A DNA stretch of 64,000 nucleotides from Octopus sinensis (lineage: Eukaryota). The stretch is from NCBI RefSeq assembly GCF_006345805.1, contig NC_043010.1:42904001-42968000 (forward strand), read 5' to 3'. Below the pieces are notes generated by a model. The model ran no database searches, had not been told where the DNA came from, and worked only from the letters and a program-made list of their open reading frames with translations. Position 1 is the stretch's first letter; every line of letters begins with the position of its first letter. A program made the translations under genes and the position numbers. Positions 36,796-50,714 of this stretch are shown piece after piece.

Positions 36796-39230
36796 CATTT
36801 CTAAATATGTCAGAGAGATTTATGCAGTAGTGATACGATAAAGTAGTTGTATACTGTCAACTTAATGTGACAGTCCCATGAAGGGAATAATACTACTGCT
36901 ATTTAGCTCTAGGAAGCAGCAACACTTCCTGTCGGCCTTGACACATTTCCTGTGTCCTTATGTTTGCAAGGGGGAGATAAACACCTCCACCCAACGAAGC
37001 CTGCATCCAGAGACTAGTTTCTGAGTCTTTGCTCGTTATCAGTCTGGTGTAGCATGGCCTTATTTCTTTATTATAGGCACAATGGCCTGATTATATAGAA
37101 GGAACAATACAAAATACATGCGGGAACACAAAACGAATAAAAAAATGAGAATGAAATGAATATAAACATTATGTAAATGAGACAGCCACCTTGCCCCGCT
37201 GCGAGACGAACTGTGATTATCTCTACATAGAACTTACTTTCTTAAACTTACAACAAAAACTTTACAAAAAACATTGATTTTTACAACTGTCCTAGCTTCG
37301 CTACAATGCGAAACTGTGTCCTTTTCTTTCATTTTTTGTTCTACAGTTCGTATATGTCCTTTTACGAATTACAGTTTTTCTTTCTTTTTTCTTTTTTTTT
37401 TATAATGTAATTGTCTGTTCATCAATTTTTCATTATTACAATTTATAACGTTCATTTTTCTTTTTTCATTCGTAATTTTTCTACATCTTCCTACTTACCT
37501 TTTTCATCCTTTCCCGTTATGTTTCTCTCCGTTTTTTTTTTTGTTTGTTTTCCTCTATGCTTTTTCCTCCCTTCACCTCCTCGCCGTTCTGGTTCTTCTC
37601 TCCACTGCAACTCCACATTCTGCACTCTCTCATATTCCGGTTCATCTGTATGTCTGTTCGACTGTACTTTTCGTTCTCTCTTTGCGTACCTCTGCTGTAT
37701 CTCTCCTGGTTCCCCTGTTCCGCCTCCTCGTCACTTTGTATCTCTATTTCCTCTTCCGACATCTCTGTTGTTAGCTCTTCCATAACTTTAGTTTCGCGTA
37801 GTGTCTCCTCTTCCTCATTTTTGCTTCTTTTTATCTCTCTTACTATTGGGGATCTTTTCCTTTCCCGCTTTCTGCTTTTTATTCTGTTTTTTTCCTTCTC
37901 CGCCGGTTCCTCGGCCCATTGTCTTTGTTCTTCTGCAATACTTTCCATTACTTCCTTTGCCAATTCCTCGACTGGTTTACAGTCTTTAATTTTATGGCAT
38001 CTCATAATTATGTCTAATCTATCACCTGTTGGTAACTCTATTTTTTCTGGAACTTCTTTGTAATATTCTGGGGTTACAGCTCCGATTATTTCAATGCCGT
38101 ATCCCCAGAAATTTTTACATTCGGTTTTGCTGACTAGTTCTGTTTCCAAATCAAGGCTACCTTTTCGTAGCTTTTCTCTAAAAATGGCCACTATTACCCA
38201 TTCTGGCTCTATCGTTGGGGGCAGTCTTCCCACTATGACTCTTATTAAAGTCTTTCTCGGCGTGCTGGGTAACAGTGATCATTTTCTGCCTACTGTTACT
38301 TGTTTGCTGTTAATTACCATGTCCTCTTCTTTCTCAAAAGTTACCTCTACAGGTTGGGGACAGTCTTCCACTATGACTCTTATAAAGTCTTTCTCGGCGT
38401 GCTGGGTAACAGTGATCTTTTCTGCCTACTGTTACTTGTTTGCTGTTAATACCATGTCCTCTTCTTCTCAAAAGTTACTCTACAGGTTGGGGACAGTCTT
38501 CCCACTATGACTCTTATTAAAGTCTTTCTCGGCGTGCGGGTAACAGTGATCATTTTCTGCCTACTGTTACTGTTTGCTGTTAATTACCATGTCCTCTTCT
38601 TTCTCAAAAGTTACCTCTACAGGTTGGGGACAGTCTTCCCACTATGACTCTTATTAAAGTCTTTCTCGGCGTGCTGGGTAACAGTGATCATTTTCTGCCT
38701 ACTGTTACTTGTTTGCTGTTAATTACCATGTCCTCTTCTTTCTCAAAAGTTACCTCTACAGGTTGGGGACAGTCTTCCCACTATGACTCTTATTAAAGTC
38801 TTTCTCGGCGTGCTGGGTAACAGTGATCATTTTCTGCCTACTGTTACTTGTTTGCTGTTAATTACCATGTCCTCTTCTTTCTCAAAAGTTACCTCTACAG
38901 TTCTGTATTCTTTTCCTTTGTTCATGAACACAATTTTCTCCTCTATACTGCTCAAAATTAGTATCTCAATCTCATTTTCTGGTACTCTCTCTATCGTTCT
39001 GTTTTCATTTGAAAAGGTTCGAAATTTAACTGTTCTTTCTATTTTCTTCTTCTCTTCTTCTGGCATAGCAATTCTTCCTCAAACTTCACCATGTTGCTAT
39101 ATTTTCTTAACTTCTTTATATCCCATTGTATCTGCTGATGCTTCAGCCTTCCTCTGTTCATTGCTTCCTGCATTTCTGCCACTTTAGCATACATTTTCAT
39201 GTCATCCTTTCTCGTTATGCCCAACATGAC
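36790..39230 (-). mobile_element. non-LTR retrotransposon relic with ORF1-like (RRM-like, charged tail) coding region and no visible ORF2
   Basis: Frames RTVEVTFEKEED..VTVGRK*SLLPSTPRKTLIRVIVGRLPPTIEPEW.. resemble LINE ORF1 RRM regions; family not identified. Confidence 0.45.
38214..38901. repeat. ~5 tandem copies of a 139-bp unit
   Basis: CAGTCTTCC(C)ACTATGACTC at 38222, 38361, 38494, 38631 and 38770. Confidence 0.97.
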
Positions 39231-41374
39231 GGTGAGATTATTCTATAAATCCATCTTCAGCTTCGATGATTACTTCAATGCGGTACTGGAGCCGTCGATA
39301 TGCATGCACCAATGACTCTTATTCATTCTTGAGATCACCTGGATTAGGTGTAAAGCTATGCTATTGTGAGGATGCCAGTTAGCTTCTTTTCGAACGCAGT
39401 AGTCCTTGGGATTTAAATTTGGGGGAATTTGAAAGCCACGTGTTTGGTGTTACATGACTGTAAGGATTGTCTGACATTCATTATTGGATCACGTGGGCTT
39501 TGTGAGAAAGTGCTGTCTATATTGTGTAAAACTGTTTTATATTCATCATTGTTTTTCGTTGCCATCAGTTCTGCACATTTAAGCATGGCTCACTCAGTTT
39601 TGGTTATTATCTTTCCATTAATATTCGTGTCGGTCATTGACAAATTCATGAGGCTGTTGTCGAGCGTCCGTAAGGTGTCTTACGTGTTGAAGCATAATTT
39701 TGTGACTTATTCGGCTGTTATTCGGGCATACCATTTTGTAGTATTATTCATTGCTTGAGTTTAGGTTGTGTAGCGAGTCCTAGGATTCGGACCCCTTTTT
39801 CTAAATTATCAGTTCTCTGTCATGAGCGAACTACAATTGAAGTATGCATTTATCTCGTACATGTTTTATCTATTGACCAGTCGACTTTCAGGAGATCACG
39901 CCACAAGTTGGAACTAAAGGGAAAATCCTTGACAATCACACCCTTTTCTATAGTTAAGGAGTTCTGCGTTAAAAATCTTCGCAAAGTGTCGAAGGCAGCT
40001 GGAAGATTCACACCGCATCTCTCTCTTGTCAAGCAGGCCAGGGCAAACGCAGAGATTGAGAGACTCCACAGAGAACAGCACATGATTCTTGGTCCCTGTG
40101 CGAGCATGTTATTAAGAATCACTTGTCCCTAATGTACTTCTCTATTTAAGCACCATGAAGTCAATTTCTTCACCTCTCGCAACACATGCCGAGGACAGAG
40201 TTTCAGCCATATTCGGCGGATTTTTGTCTCTCGTCCAAGATAACTAATGGTTGAGTAAACACAGCTGAAGACATGGTATTTAACTTCTCGCCACAAGCAA
40301 GCCAGAAATGTGAGTAGAAAGGATAACTCACATCTAAATTCATTCGAAACCAATTCATTCATGTCTCTTAAGTAACCTACTAATGCCTGTTGAATTTAGA
40401 CACCGTGAAAGTCGTTCCCTTTAGCCTAAGCCTTTCTACCAGTGAATATCTGAACATTTATATATGTATAAATGTTCAGCCTTCGGCCTAAATTTATTGT
40501 TAAATGTTCGCGAGTTTTGTTCTTGTTAAAACGACAATTCGAACTCACGATAGCTGCATCGTATTCAAGTCCGTTGGAGTAACCATGTCGTACTTGCGTT
40601 TGGTTGACTTTCAGGATACCCATTCCGTATTTGTGTTACGTTTAACATGTTGAATAGTTTAATAAGGAATTATCTTCAGTAATATATATTAATAACACTA
40701 AACATTTTAATATACAGACTTCCATTGTGAAGCACAGGTCTCGGTCTCTTTGCAGAATCCAAATTGGGATATACAATTTTGTGTTTATTCTTCATAGAAA
40801 ATCTTGTGACATTTACTTTGCAAAAATAAGTCATTAAAATGGTATATCATTGGAATGGCAAAAGGCATGGACTTCTTATTGAGCCACTCATGTAAGCCAT
40901 TTGAACAAGGTGAACAGGTAAAAAGTGGTGCACATAACTTGTCCTGATCTCCAAGACGTCAATCAAAGTTTAGCTTATAAATCTTCTTGATCTCTGGTGT
41001 TATTGTACATTTTTGAGCTTTTACAATAAATTGTCCACTGACATAACAAAACACATCAGGACGATTTCTACACTATCTCGACATTGTGAACACTGTAAAA
41101 CAAGTAAAGAAATAGATACAAATGGTTATACTTATATTGAATTTGAGATGAAGAAATATTTCATCAGACCAATTATGACTGGACAATTTGAGATGTTGAA
41201 ATAACTATTTCGTCAGACAAAACTTGATTGGTTAATTTAAGATGATAAAACTATGCAGCAATGAATAATGTAGTTCATTTTAAAGGTATGTTTGCATGAT
41301 GTAAATGAAATACAGGCATCTACGTCATTAATTGGAATTTCTATATAATGCATGAGCTAAAGCCAAGAAACTTT

Positions 41375-41483
41375 CTCATCTTGAAAACTGTACGTGATGT
41401 CAAAAAACTAATTGTATATTTGAAATCAGCATCAAAAATTACACCTTGACATATGCTTGATGAAAAATACTTGTTGACCAGTG
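41375..41483 (+). mobile_element. probable right end of a Chapaev-like DNA transposon
   Basis: Ends in TTGTTGACCAGTG (CACTG.. terminus); recognised from memory only. Confidence 0.4.
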
Positions 41484-42568
41484 TAACAGATTGTTACAAC
41501 AGAAATAATCTCTTAGTAAGAAAGTCGAAGGATGAAAATTATTTCATTATAATTGGAAGCTAAAGACACATGGTCTCTGACTGCAGTTAGAAATAACCTT
41601 CAAGAGAGTTGAAATCTAGTTTTTTTTCCTTTATATATGCCCGCTGAAACGTTCTAGAATGTTCCATAAGGTCTTCAGGTGTAAAAATTAAATTTCATTG
41701 CCTATCGCTAACAGATGTAACAAATGATTGATTGACTTTTACCAAATATAATATCATTATTCGCCAGCGGCAATGTCTTTAGTCCATATTATCAAATATT
41801 AACTAAAATATCGATATTATCAAATATCAACTAAAATATTAAAAAAGTGCGAATATTATTTTTGTTGGATGCTAATTAACATCTTGTCATTCTGTTTCTT
41901 TATTTCTATGCATTAAATTTATAATAATTGATCTTAACCATCATGTTTCTCATAAATAAGACCAGCCCAGCGAATAAGATTATTTATAATATACTATGGC
42001 CACTGTAACGATAACAATCTTCGTTGAATGAAATCGGGGATTTTAAACGGATAAATAACATGTCATTTGCTATACTTGGGGATGGTAATATTTTGCCAAT
42101 TATTCTGCCGAGGTCGACTTTGCCTTTCATCCTTTCAGGGTCGATAAATTAAGTACCAGTTGCGTACTAGAGTCAATCTAATCAACTGGACCCCTCCCCT
42201 AAAATTTCGGGCCTTGTGCCTAGAGTAGAAAAGAATATTCTGCCAATTAAACATACGCACTATACATTTGGTCTTCACTTCAGCTTTATTACTATTATTT
42301 TAGTTTCGTTGTCAAAGTTCTTTCGTCACACATTCTGTGATCTCTTCACGAATTCTCTGTCCTAAGTGTCTCCTCTTGTTCCGCTTGTTCCTCTTGTTTC
42401 GCTTACTCTATTTGCTTAATTTGATGGTAGATTTCATTTAGTGGTGATTATATGTTAAACAGCTCTAGAATAGTCCTGGAGAAATATCCCATTTCACACA
42501 TTTAGTATCTTATCTGTAATATAGACTTAATTCGGGCTTATAACCAAATTCATATCTAACCTAATAAT

Positions 42569-45350
42569 ATTCATAAAATAGCTGTAACTAAACCTTTCGG
42601 ACTATTTGAATTTTTGAGGGTGTTTTTCGGTTTCCGAAATGCAGCCAATTCTTTTCAGAGATTCATTGATGAAGTTATTCGTTGTTTACATTTTAATTTC
42701 TCTTATATTGACCATTTATTCTTCCGCATCAGAACACGAAGAATATTTACAATAGCTTTTTACTTACTTGTCACACTATGGTGTTGTAATTAACCCTACT
42801 CAATGTCTTTTCCGTATTCCATCTCTAATACTCTTAGGGCATGTTATGGATAAAAGGAATCCAGCCCAAGCAAGATAAGGTGGAAGCTATGTTACAGTTT
42901 CCACCACCCAGATCTTTACAGAAATTGCAAGAATTCCTAGGGCTTCACTCCGCACTACGCTGAAACAATATATCCTTATTACACAGCTGTTATGTAACCG
43001 AAAAAAAGAAAAATACAAAAATTATTCTGACAGCAAACAAATAGTTGTAAACGATTGTTTACAGCTATTAAAAACAGGCTATTTAAAGTTACCTTATTGG
43101 CTCATATGATACCAGAGGAACCCTTATTTCTTTTTCTGGACTGCTTCTTAAGTGAGAATCAGGGAGTCTTCAACAGTTTATTCATAACTCATGGCAGCCA
43201 TTTTCATTCTTCTTAAAGCGTTTGAAACCAGCTGAAACTAGATCCAATTCTTCTGTTAGTGGACTATTGGCTGCTGATTCATTCTACTAAACACCTTTAT
43301 CATTTGCTTAAAAGACGACAATTCTTCATGTATACCAATCGTAAACTGTTGACTTACGCATTACAGTCAAAAATCAGTCAAACATTCTCCAAGAGGGATT
43401 CGGCACCTAGATTTTATATCACGATATATGAAGAAGATTAACTCTGCAGCAGAAGCTTTATCTCGGGTATATATTGATTCTTTGCATTCTCATAATGCAA
43501 GTGACTTGAAAAAAACTGCGGCTAATCATGAAACTGGTGAAGAGTTTCAACAACTAAGAAATTCATTATTTTTTTCTCAAATTTCGTCTCTTTCTACTAC
43601 TTCCTTCTACGATGTTTATATCGTGTGATACCGTGTCTTTTGTGCTAATGAACAAAAGGCCCTTTATGGCCGGCCTTTTGCTCATTCGCACAACGGACAT
43701 TGGCATTTTCTACTATTCACATCTTTTCCCATCCTGGAGTTTTTACTTCTGAAAAACTCTTTTTTTGGCTCGATTTGTTTGGTTATGAATGAAGAATAGT
43801 ATTCGAGAATAGGTTAAAATGCACACCGTGTCAGAAAACTAAAACTTCTTCCACTCCGGATACCTGCCTTCAACACATATATATATATATAGAAGTTGCT
43901 GGACGTTTATCGCCGATAAATGACGACCTTTATCTCTTAACGTGCATTGATCTTTTTCTTGAAAGCCTGAAGCCATTCCTATTCCGTACATTTCAGTTGC
44001 ACTTGAAGCAAAAGCTTTTATCTTTTTTATATTGGATCTCGTGTTTTATACTCCTACCTCAACATCTATAGATAAACATCGGCGATTTGGATCTACTCCT
44101 TTCACTGAGCTTACACAATATGCTTGGTACGAAAAAAATTCGTATGACAACATATCACCTAGCCTCAGATGGAATGATAGGTTTTATCATAATTTTAACA
44201 TAGCGGTGCTCCAACATGGCCACAGTCAAATGACTGAAACAAGTAAAAGAGTATAGCTTTTTAATCGTACGACGACACAGATAGATGGTTGAAATATCAG
44301 CCGATAATACTGATTTCAAATTTTGGCACAAGGCCAGCAATTTCGGGGAAGGTAGTACATCAACTACACCGACTCCAGTGCTGGACTGGTACTTATTCTA
44401 TCGACTCCGAAAGGATGAAAGGCAAAGTCGACCTCGGCGGAATTTGTACTCAGAACATGAAGACGGACGAAATGCCGCAAAGTATTTTGCCTGACGTGAT
44501 AACGATTCTGCCAGTTCGCCACCTTTATATCTACCGATAATATTAGTCGGTATCTAAGGGAGTGAGCTGGCAGAATCATTAGTGTGCCGGGCAAAATGCT
44601 CAGCGCCATTTACGTTCTGAGTTCAAGTTCTTTCGAGGTCCACTTTGACCTTCATCCTGTTGGAGTCGATAAAAAAGTACTAGTCGGGCACTGAGGTCGA
44701 TGTAATCGACTTGTCCCCTCATCCCAAATTACTGGCCTTGTGCCAAAACTTGAAACCAACATTTTTCGGTATCAGATCATCGGTTAAAGCGTGTTACACA
44801 TTCATATGTATGTGTTTGCGTATGCCAAACAACTCCCCACTCTTGGCACTATTTTGTTAGTGAACAGTACAACTGTGTGTAAAGTATATAATGTATCACT
44901 ACGCTCAATGTCGTCGTCCGTGTAACATGTAAAGATAATAAACACGTAAACAACAACAATGGTTTTCATTTGGTTGTCTTTCCCATTAGAACCCAAACTA
45001 CACATAACAAAGCGGGTCTTGGTTTTTAAATCCAGCAGAATTATCACATTGATTCTACTGGAGAGGTGGTTGGGAATTCCCACAAGTGAGGAGTCCAGTT
45101 TTGTGCATAACTTGCGACAGCATAAATCTAATTTGCCAGAAACAATAGCAAGGCAACAAACTGTTTCTAAAGATACGTTCCTGCTGATATTAGTGGGTTG
45201 GTCTCATGTTTACAGTACAAAGCTGTAGCGTACCGCTTATAATGGACGCTATCGTGTTTTGCATGTTAATTCGAAATATTTTGTGATTGATGTGTATAGG
45301 AAAAAGGAAACGGTCAGCATCGACAGATTAAGAAAAGCTTTTATTGATTT
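42569..45350 (+). pseudogene. old Ty3/Gypsy pol relic (RT, RNase H, integrase, GPY/F-like end) interrupted by SINEs
   Basis: KPFGLFEFLRVFFGFRNAANSFQRFIDEV; LGHV..KVEAMLQFPPPRSLQKLQEFLG; KHLYHLLKRRQFFMYTNRKLLT; YLLTCID..PEAIP; YNGRYRVLHVNSKYFVIDVYRKKETVSIDRLRKAF; many stops and frameshifts. Confidence 0.88.
44310..44760. mobile_element. two SINE copies in opposite orientation (44310-44530 -, 44560-44760 +)
   Basis: SINE head and tail motifs; most CpGs retained. Confidence 0.85.
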
Positions 45351-45513
45351 GGTCTCTTCACTCGCAAGCCAACTCGCTACTTCACATACAAAATTTCTAT
45401 TAAAATACAATTCAAAGATGCACAGAAAACTATTACTACCAGAATCAGTAGCAGAATGCATTGGCCTGCTAGACGTGTAGAAATACGTTACATACAACTG
45501 TTTATTTAAATGA

Positions 45514-45514
45514 T

Positions 45515-45566
<52 letters not shown>

Positions 45567-45621
45567 ACACACATACATACACACATACACACACACACAC
45601 ACACAGATACACACAGACACA

Positions 45622-45661
<40 letters not shown>
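45514..45661. repeat. (CA)n microsatellite
   Basis: Directly visible. Confidence 0.97.
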
Positions 45662-45662
<1 letters not shown>

Positions 45663-46194
45663 TTATATAACAGTCAATGAAGACTGAAACGATTCACACC
45701 TGAACAATTTGATAACATTACGTTTTGGTACATTTCCCATCGCTTAACGTCCGCCTTCCATGCAGGCATGGGTTGGACGGCTAGACACGTGCTGGCCAGG
45801 TAGACGACTACCTCACCAGGTTACAATGTCTCTTGTGGCAAGGTTTTTTTTACGGCTGGATGCCCCTCCTAACACCAACCACTCCGTAAATAACTATTTC
45901 TTCCAAAAACAATTTTCTAACAATCCCTAACTGAATGAACTGAAATGAAGAATTTCATTTTTCTTGATTGTTAATTGATATTCATAATTTAACAAATAGT
46001 GCTTGTTTATTGTTATATGTCATTGCTTTCACTACACACTCGAATATACACTTGCTCTAATTCCTTGGTGTCGTTCATTTGTCTTGCATGAATGCACTTC
46101 GATATGATTCCTGTAGCTTTTCTCAAATTCGAATCTGGAATGTTTAGATTTGAAAGCTAAAACCACAGGCGAATAGCACTACTGTATGTGGTAT

Positions 46195-46400
46195 TATTGA
46201 TTTCAAATATTGGCACAAGGCCAGCATTTCCGGAGTAATGCATTAGTCGATTACATTGATCCCAGTGTTCAACTGGTACTTATTTTATCGACACCGAAAG
46301 GATGAAAGGTAAAGTCGACCTTGGCGGAATTTGAACTCAGAACGTGAAGACGGAAAGAAATGCTGCTAAGCATTTTGCCCGTCTGCCAGCTCGCCGCCTT
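46195..46400 (-). mobile_element. SINE copy
   Basis: Same family as 1213-1428; CpGs largely retained. Confidence 0.85.
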
Positions 46401-46661
46401 GATATTTGGTAATATTGACCAAAGATAATCGCTGTTGGTGAATGATTATACTACATTTAGTGGTATAATCATCTGTGACGCCAGTTGGTGAATGGTGGTG
46501 ACAATCAAAAAGGAAAACTTTAATTTTTGCGTCTAAAGATCTTATGGAACATCGTAGAACGTCTTGGCGGGCTTATAAAAACCCTTGAATTCAACTCTCC
46601 TGAAGGCCCTTTCTTACTATAGTCGGAGACCAAGTGCGTTTAGACCCATGTTTAATAAATA

Positions 46662-47073
46662 GAATCTTTTCGGTTTGAACGGCAGTTTTTCTAGCGGGGT
46701 CATATGAAATTGTCACCCATAATTATGACCCTAGTATCGATCTATTGCATTTCAATCTGTTTTAGGGTGAGGATTAGGGGTGGGGGTAGGGTATCTTTTT
46801 TCTTCACAAATGTAAATAAACCCAATCTGTTTCTTAAACGAGGGACATATTCATACGGCACAGAATGTGTTCTCCTCAATAGACGTCATTGATTGGTTGA
46901 AATTGCAGAAATTGAAGAAAAACAACAAATATCTTACAAACTATAGAATTTTCTCAATAAAGCCAAGAGAAAAAGATGTTTTATAAACGACATTCTACCA
47001 GTATACGAAGTTTAAAAGTGTTTAGTTACGTGGAAATTATTTTAAAAAACTGCGGTTCAAACCGAAAAGATCC
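46662..47073. mobile_element. MITE with ~30-bp TIRs
   Basis: GAATCTTTTCGGTTTGAACGGCAGTTTTT / AAAAAACTGCGGTTCAAACCGAAAAGATCC. Confidence 0.85.
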
Positions 47074-47339
47074 ATAAAATAATCCTCATTTCTCAATTTT
47101 CTCTCAAAGAGATTATTTCTGTAGTAATTATTAATTGTAATATGAAACATTTCCTCTCTTCTGACACTTCATTATTTCTTAACTCACACACATAACATGT
47201 GTAGCAGATTTGAAACCGAATCGACAAATTGCCAAATAAAGGCCGTGGCTTAGTAACAGCCATTTCATGTGATCAGCCGCTTAACTTACCAGTTACCATC
47301 GAGACATCACATGACACAACTTTCTAGAGTCTTCTAGAA

Positions 47340-47497
47340 CAGGCTCTGCAACCTTTTTCACTAAGGGTACTCTTATACTCTTTTCAAAATTCGGCGGCAC
47401 ACCTGAACTAAAAATATAGGGAAAAAATTATATTCAGTTTACACTGCAGCACACCTAGCACACCAGTGTGCCGCGGCATATCGGTTGTGGAGCACTG
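47340..47497. mobile_element. hAT (Charlie-like) MITE
   Basis: Imperfect TIRs CAGGCTCTGCAACC / GGTTGTGGAGCACTG; 8-bp TSD TTCTAGAA (47332-47339, 47498-47505). Confidence 0.85.
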
Positions 47498-48236
47498 TTC
47501 TAGAATGTCTCCTAACCAGGCTTATAAATAAACTTTCTTTGGGTGCCATATTTTACATTATCGGAATCGCCTCTTTGAAAACCCCATTCTCAGTTTGCAG
47601 CATTTATCAGTCGTTCTAACGACTCCTTATTCAACCGAGTAGATAACAGTTATAGTTTTGCAGTCATGAATCCAGCGTGAGCCGACTTAACCAGCTATTT
47701 TGTAATAACTACAGAATTGTCTTTCCAGTATGTAAACTTTGTTGCTGTATTTTGAATTCAAGACCATCATGGAAAATATTTTGTGCAGTGAATAAAGTTT
47801 CTATAAAATTGTTCTCGATTGTTTGTGCTTATTTATATGTGACCACGACAGAATCAAAACCAACCACCAGCATATCATATCTATTATTCAATGACCTACG
47901 TGATAATTTGTAACACCACATCCTTCTGACACATACATACAATATATTGCGTATTATGTATATTTAAAGTGCTTAGTGTTGTTAATAAATATTGTTAAGA
48001 TAAGTCTTTCTCTTGCCAATTATTCAACGTGAACTGGCAGAATCACTAGTACTTTGAAGAAAATGCTTAGCAGATCAGAATACAATGCTTAAGGCTCAGA
48101 ATATAAATATTCAGAATTCAAATATCGCTGAGGTTAACGAACGACCGTGCGAAAAGGAGAAGTGACAAATGAATGACTCCTTAAACACCGCACGGTCGCC
48201 TTACAATAAAAGCCAAAATATGGATAAATGAATATG

Positions 48237-49204
48237 AGTGTCAGAATGAAATGAAAGACGACACAACCGTAAAATGTTTAAGTGAAAGGTTTTATTTAGA
48301 TGCTAACATGTGGGTAGCAGAGTGTGTGTCTGTGTGTTCGACATAAGCACATATATAATAAAAACAATAATAATAGACATGCCGTCATGCATATAATAAT
48401 ATGTATGTGTGCTAGCAGAGTGTGTCTGTGTGCGCGTCATAAGTACATATATGATAATAATAATAGACAGGCCGTCAAGCATGCAATAATGTGTATGTGT
48501 GTACAAACAAGGGTGTATGCGTGTGAGATAAAATACAGAGCATAGAAATGAGTCTATCAGGACGCTAGAAGTTCAGACAATGAAGATAAATACCAGTTCG
48601 TAGTAAGATACACAATAGTTGGTGTTCTGTACAAGAAGTTGAGGTCACAAGGCAGAACCGGTTGAACACGTCGTGTTGCGGTTGTGGCTACTATGCTGTA
48701 CCGGGTTACTTGATACAGGAAATTCTCGCAGGTTGAGCTTGCTGTTAACCATGGTGAAGTACTCACAAATAGCGCGAAGTTAAACCAAAGCAAATGGTGC
48801 TGTGTACGTAGAGATGTTGTTGGCGTCGATAAGATGAAGGCGACGGTGGTGGGGACGACGTTAAGATGAAGGCGACGTAGATGGAGGTCCTGAAATGCTG
48901 CTGGTGTTGTCTGACGCCGAAACTGGCTGAGTCGCTGGGACTGACTGTGTGTCACTCTGTGGTCATTGACTAGACCTTAGATGGTCTAGAGCCAAAGACG
49001 AGATACTGTGAATCGCTGAAGCTTTTATAGCAAATTATAGGCTCCAGCAGAGAATTTAGGAGTTTGTGTCACGAGACCTTATCAAAAGGTTGCGATTGGT
49101 TGGGTTGCACAGTGGCGCGTAATACAGCAAGAAACAAATTGCGCCAATATCAACCAAGCGACCGAAGGTTGGCTGTTATCTTCTACGTCCGTATTTGTGT
49201 TACA
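48237..49204 (-). mobile_element. solo-LTR-like element, copy A (~970 bp)
   Basis: Minus strand starts TGTAAC; flanked by TATG on both sides; CCAAT, CACGAG, TATAAAA and AATAAA motifs; homologous to copies B and C. Confidence 0.65.
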
Positions 49205-49207
49205 TAT

Positions 49208-49252
<45 letters not shown>

Positions 49253-50674
49253 TCACTAAGGGTCCGCTATACCTTTCATCTTTTCAGGATTGATAAAGTA
49301 CCAGTCAAATACTGGAGTCAACTAGCTGCCTTCCTTCGAAATTGCAGGCCCTGTGCCAAAAATTTCAAAACTAGACAGAAAGAATTAATTATTCAAAATG
49401 TTAAACATAATACAACTATAATATGTATAAAAGCAGCAAAGTATATACTTTAAATTAACTTAATCTAGTTAATTATATAAAGCAATACGTAATCATGAAA
49501 TTATCAATGTTTATCCAAATGAAACAACTGTTGAACACGACTTAAGTATGAATTACATGTGAAATGTATTCTTTACTGTTTTTATTCTAAATATGTCGCC
49601 TTATAAAATTGTTTTGATCGATTGCACAGGTCTGCGGGTAAAAAGTTGCTTCACATTTATTGGGTGAACTTGATCAATTTTTACCTACTGATGTAAAAAA
49701 ATTCCAAATAAACGATCCTATCACATATAGTTTCTTCACAAAATCGGTCATTGCATTTTATCATTATGCTCGAATTTGACTAATGTCTTTTATTATTACT
49801 ATTAATTGCGATATTTAGACTATGGCAGTATAATTAATAGGCATAATTTTGAAAACTAAGCATCTGGCAATGCTTAGACCACCTCAGCCGCACAGAGAGG
49901 TACCTGCATCACCGTAGCTTCAACCAGCCGAAAACAATAAAGAGAAAAATAAATGTTTTACAAGGTCACGTTGTTTATGTTAAAACGTATCTTTTTTTAA
50001 TTTCTGTTATTTCCTCATGCCATTTTTCAATGTATATATGCTGTATACTTTGTTTTATTGCATCGTATGTTACATTTCAATGTTTCTTTAATGGTATAGA
50101 TGGTCGGGGTCTCACGTGGTGAAACTATCTAATAACGACTCCATTCAGAAAGCTGGAATAATACATATATGTGTACCAGAAGGGAAAGGGTGAGACATAA
50201 CCGAACAAAATGTTTAAGAGAAAATTTATCGATATGTTAACATATGTGCGTCATGTATACAGAATAATAGACAGGCCGTCATGAGAAAGTATATGTGTGT
50301 GGATGTATGTGTGTGCGTTAAGTACATATAAGAATAGCAATGAAGAAATAGATAGTGAAAGAGTCTATAATGAGAAGTTAGACGAATGTTCATAGACATA
50401 AGAATGAGAAATACCAGTTCGTAGTCAATTGTACACGGTGTTGTTGTTATATATATATAGTATTGAGTATTAAAGGAAGTAGTGAGTATTTAGTATGAAA
50501 GATTAAGAAAATGAGAGAGACTGAAACAACGTGTTAACGATACAAGATACTTTATTCGACTGCCGTTGTTGTACAAGTTAATTGTTTTGGCGGGAAACAA
50601 AGTGAAAGTCCTTTTATCAAGGGAGACAATGGGCGACGTTGATTGTTCATGTTTGTTGTGATGATTATATAACA

Positions 50675-50697
50675 TCTTCCTTTTTTTTTTTTTTTTT
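50675..50697 (-). promoter_or_regulatory. polypurine tract of the Gypsy element
   Basis: A-run plus GGAAGA immediately before the 3' LTR on the minus strand. Confidence 0.85.
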
Positions 50698-50714
50698 AAA
50701 AAATTTTTTTTATA

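Noticed and set aside
46442-46472. Small hairpins (46442-46472, 40450-40479, 18477-18496)
   Set aside because: AT-rich 9-13 bp stems are expected by chance in this composition
47200-47920. Possible additional solo LTR (TGTAGC start, TATAAATA, AATAAA)
   Set aside because: No matching TSD or second copy found in the window
50490-50675. 61-aa ORF repeated at 54785-54994
   Set aside because: An incidental ORF within the two identical LTRs
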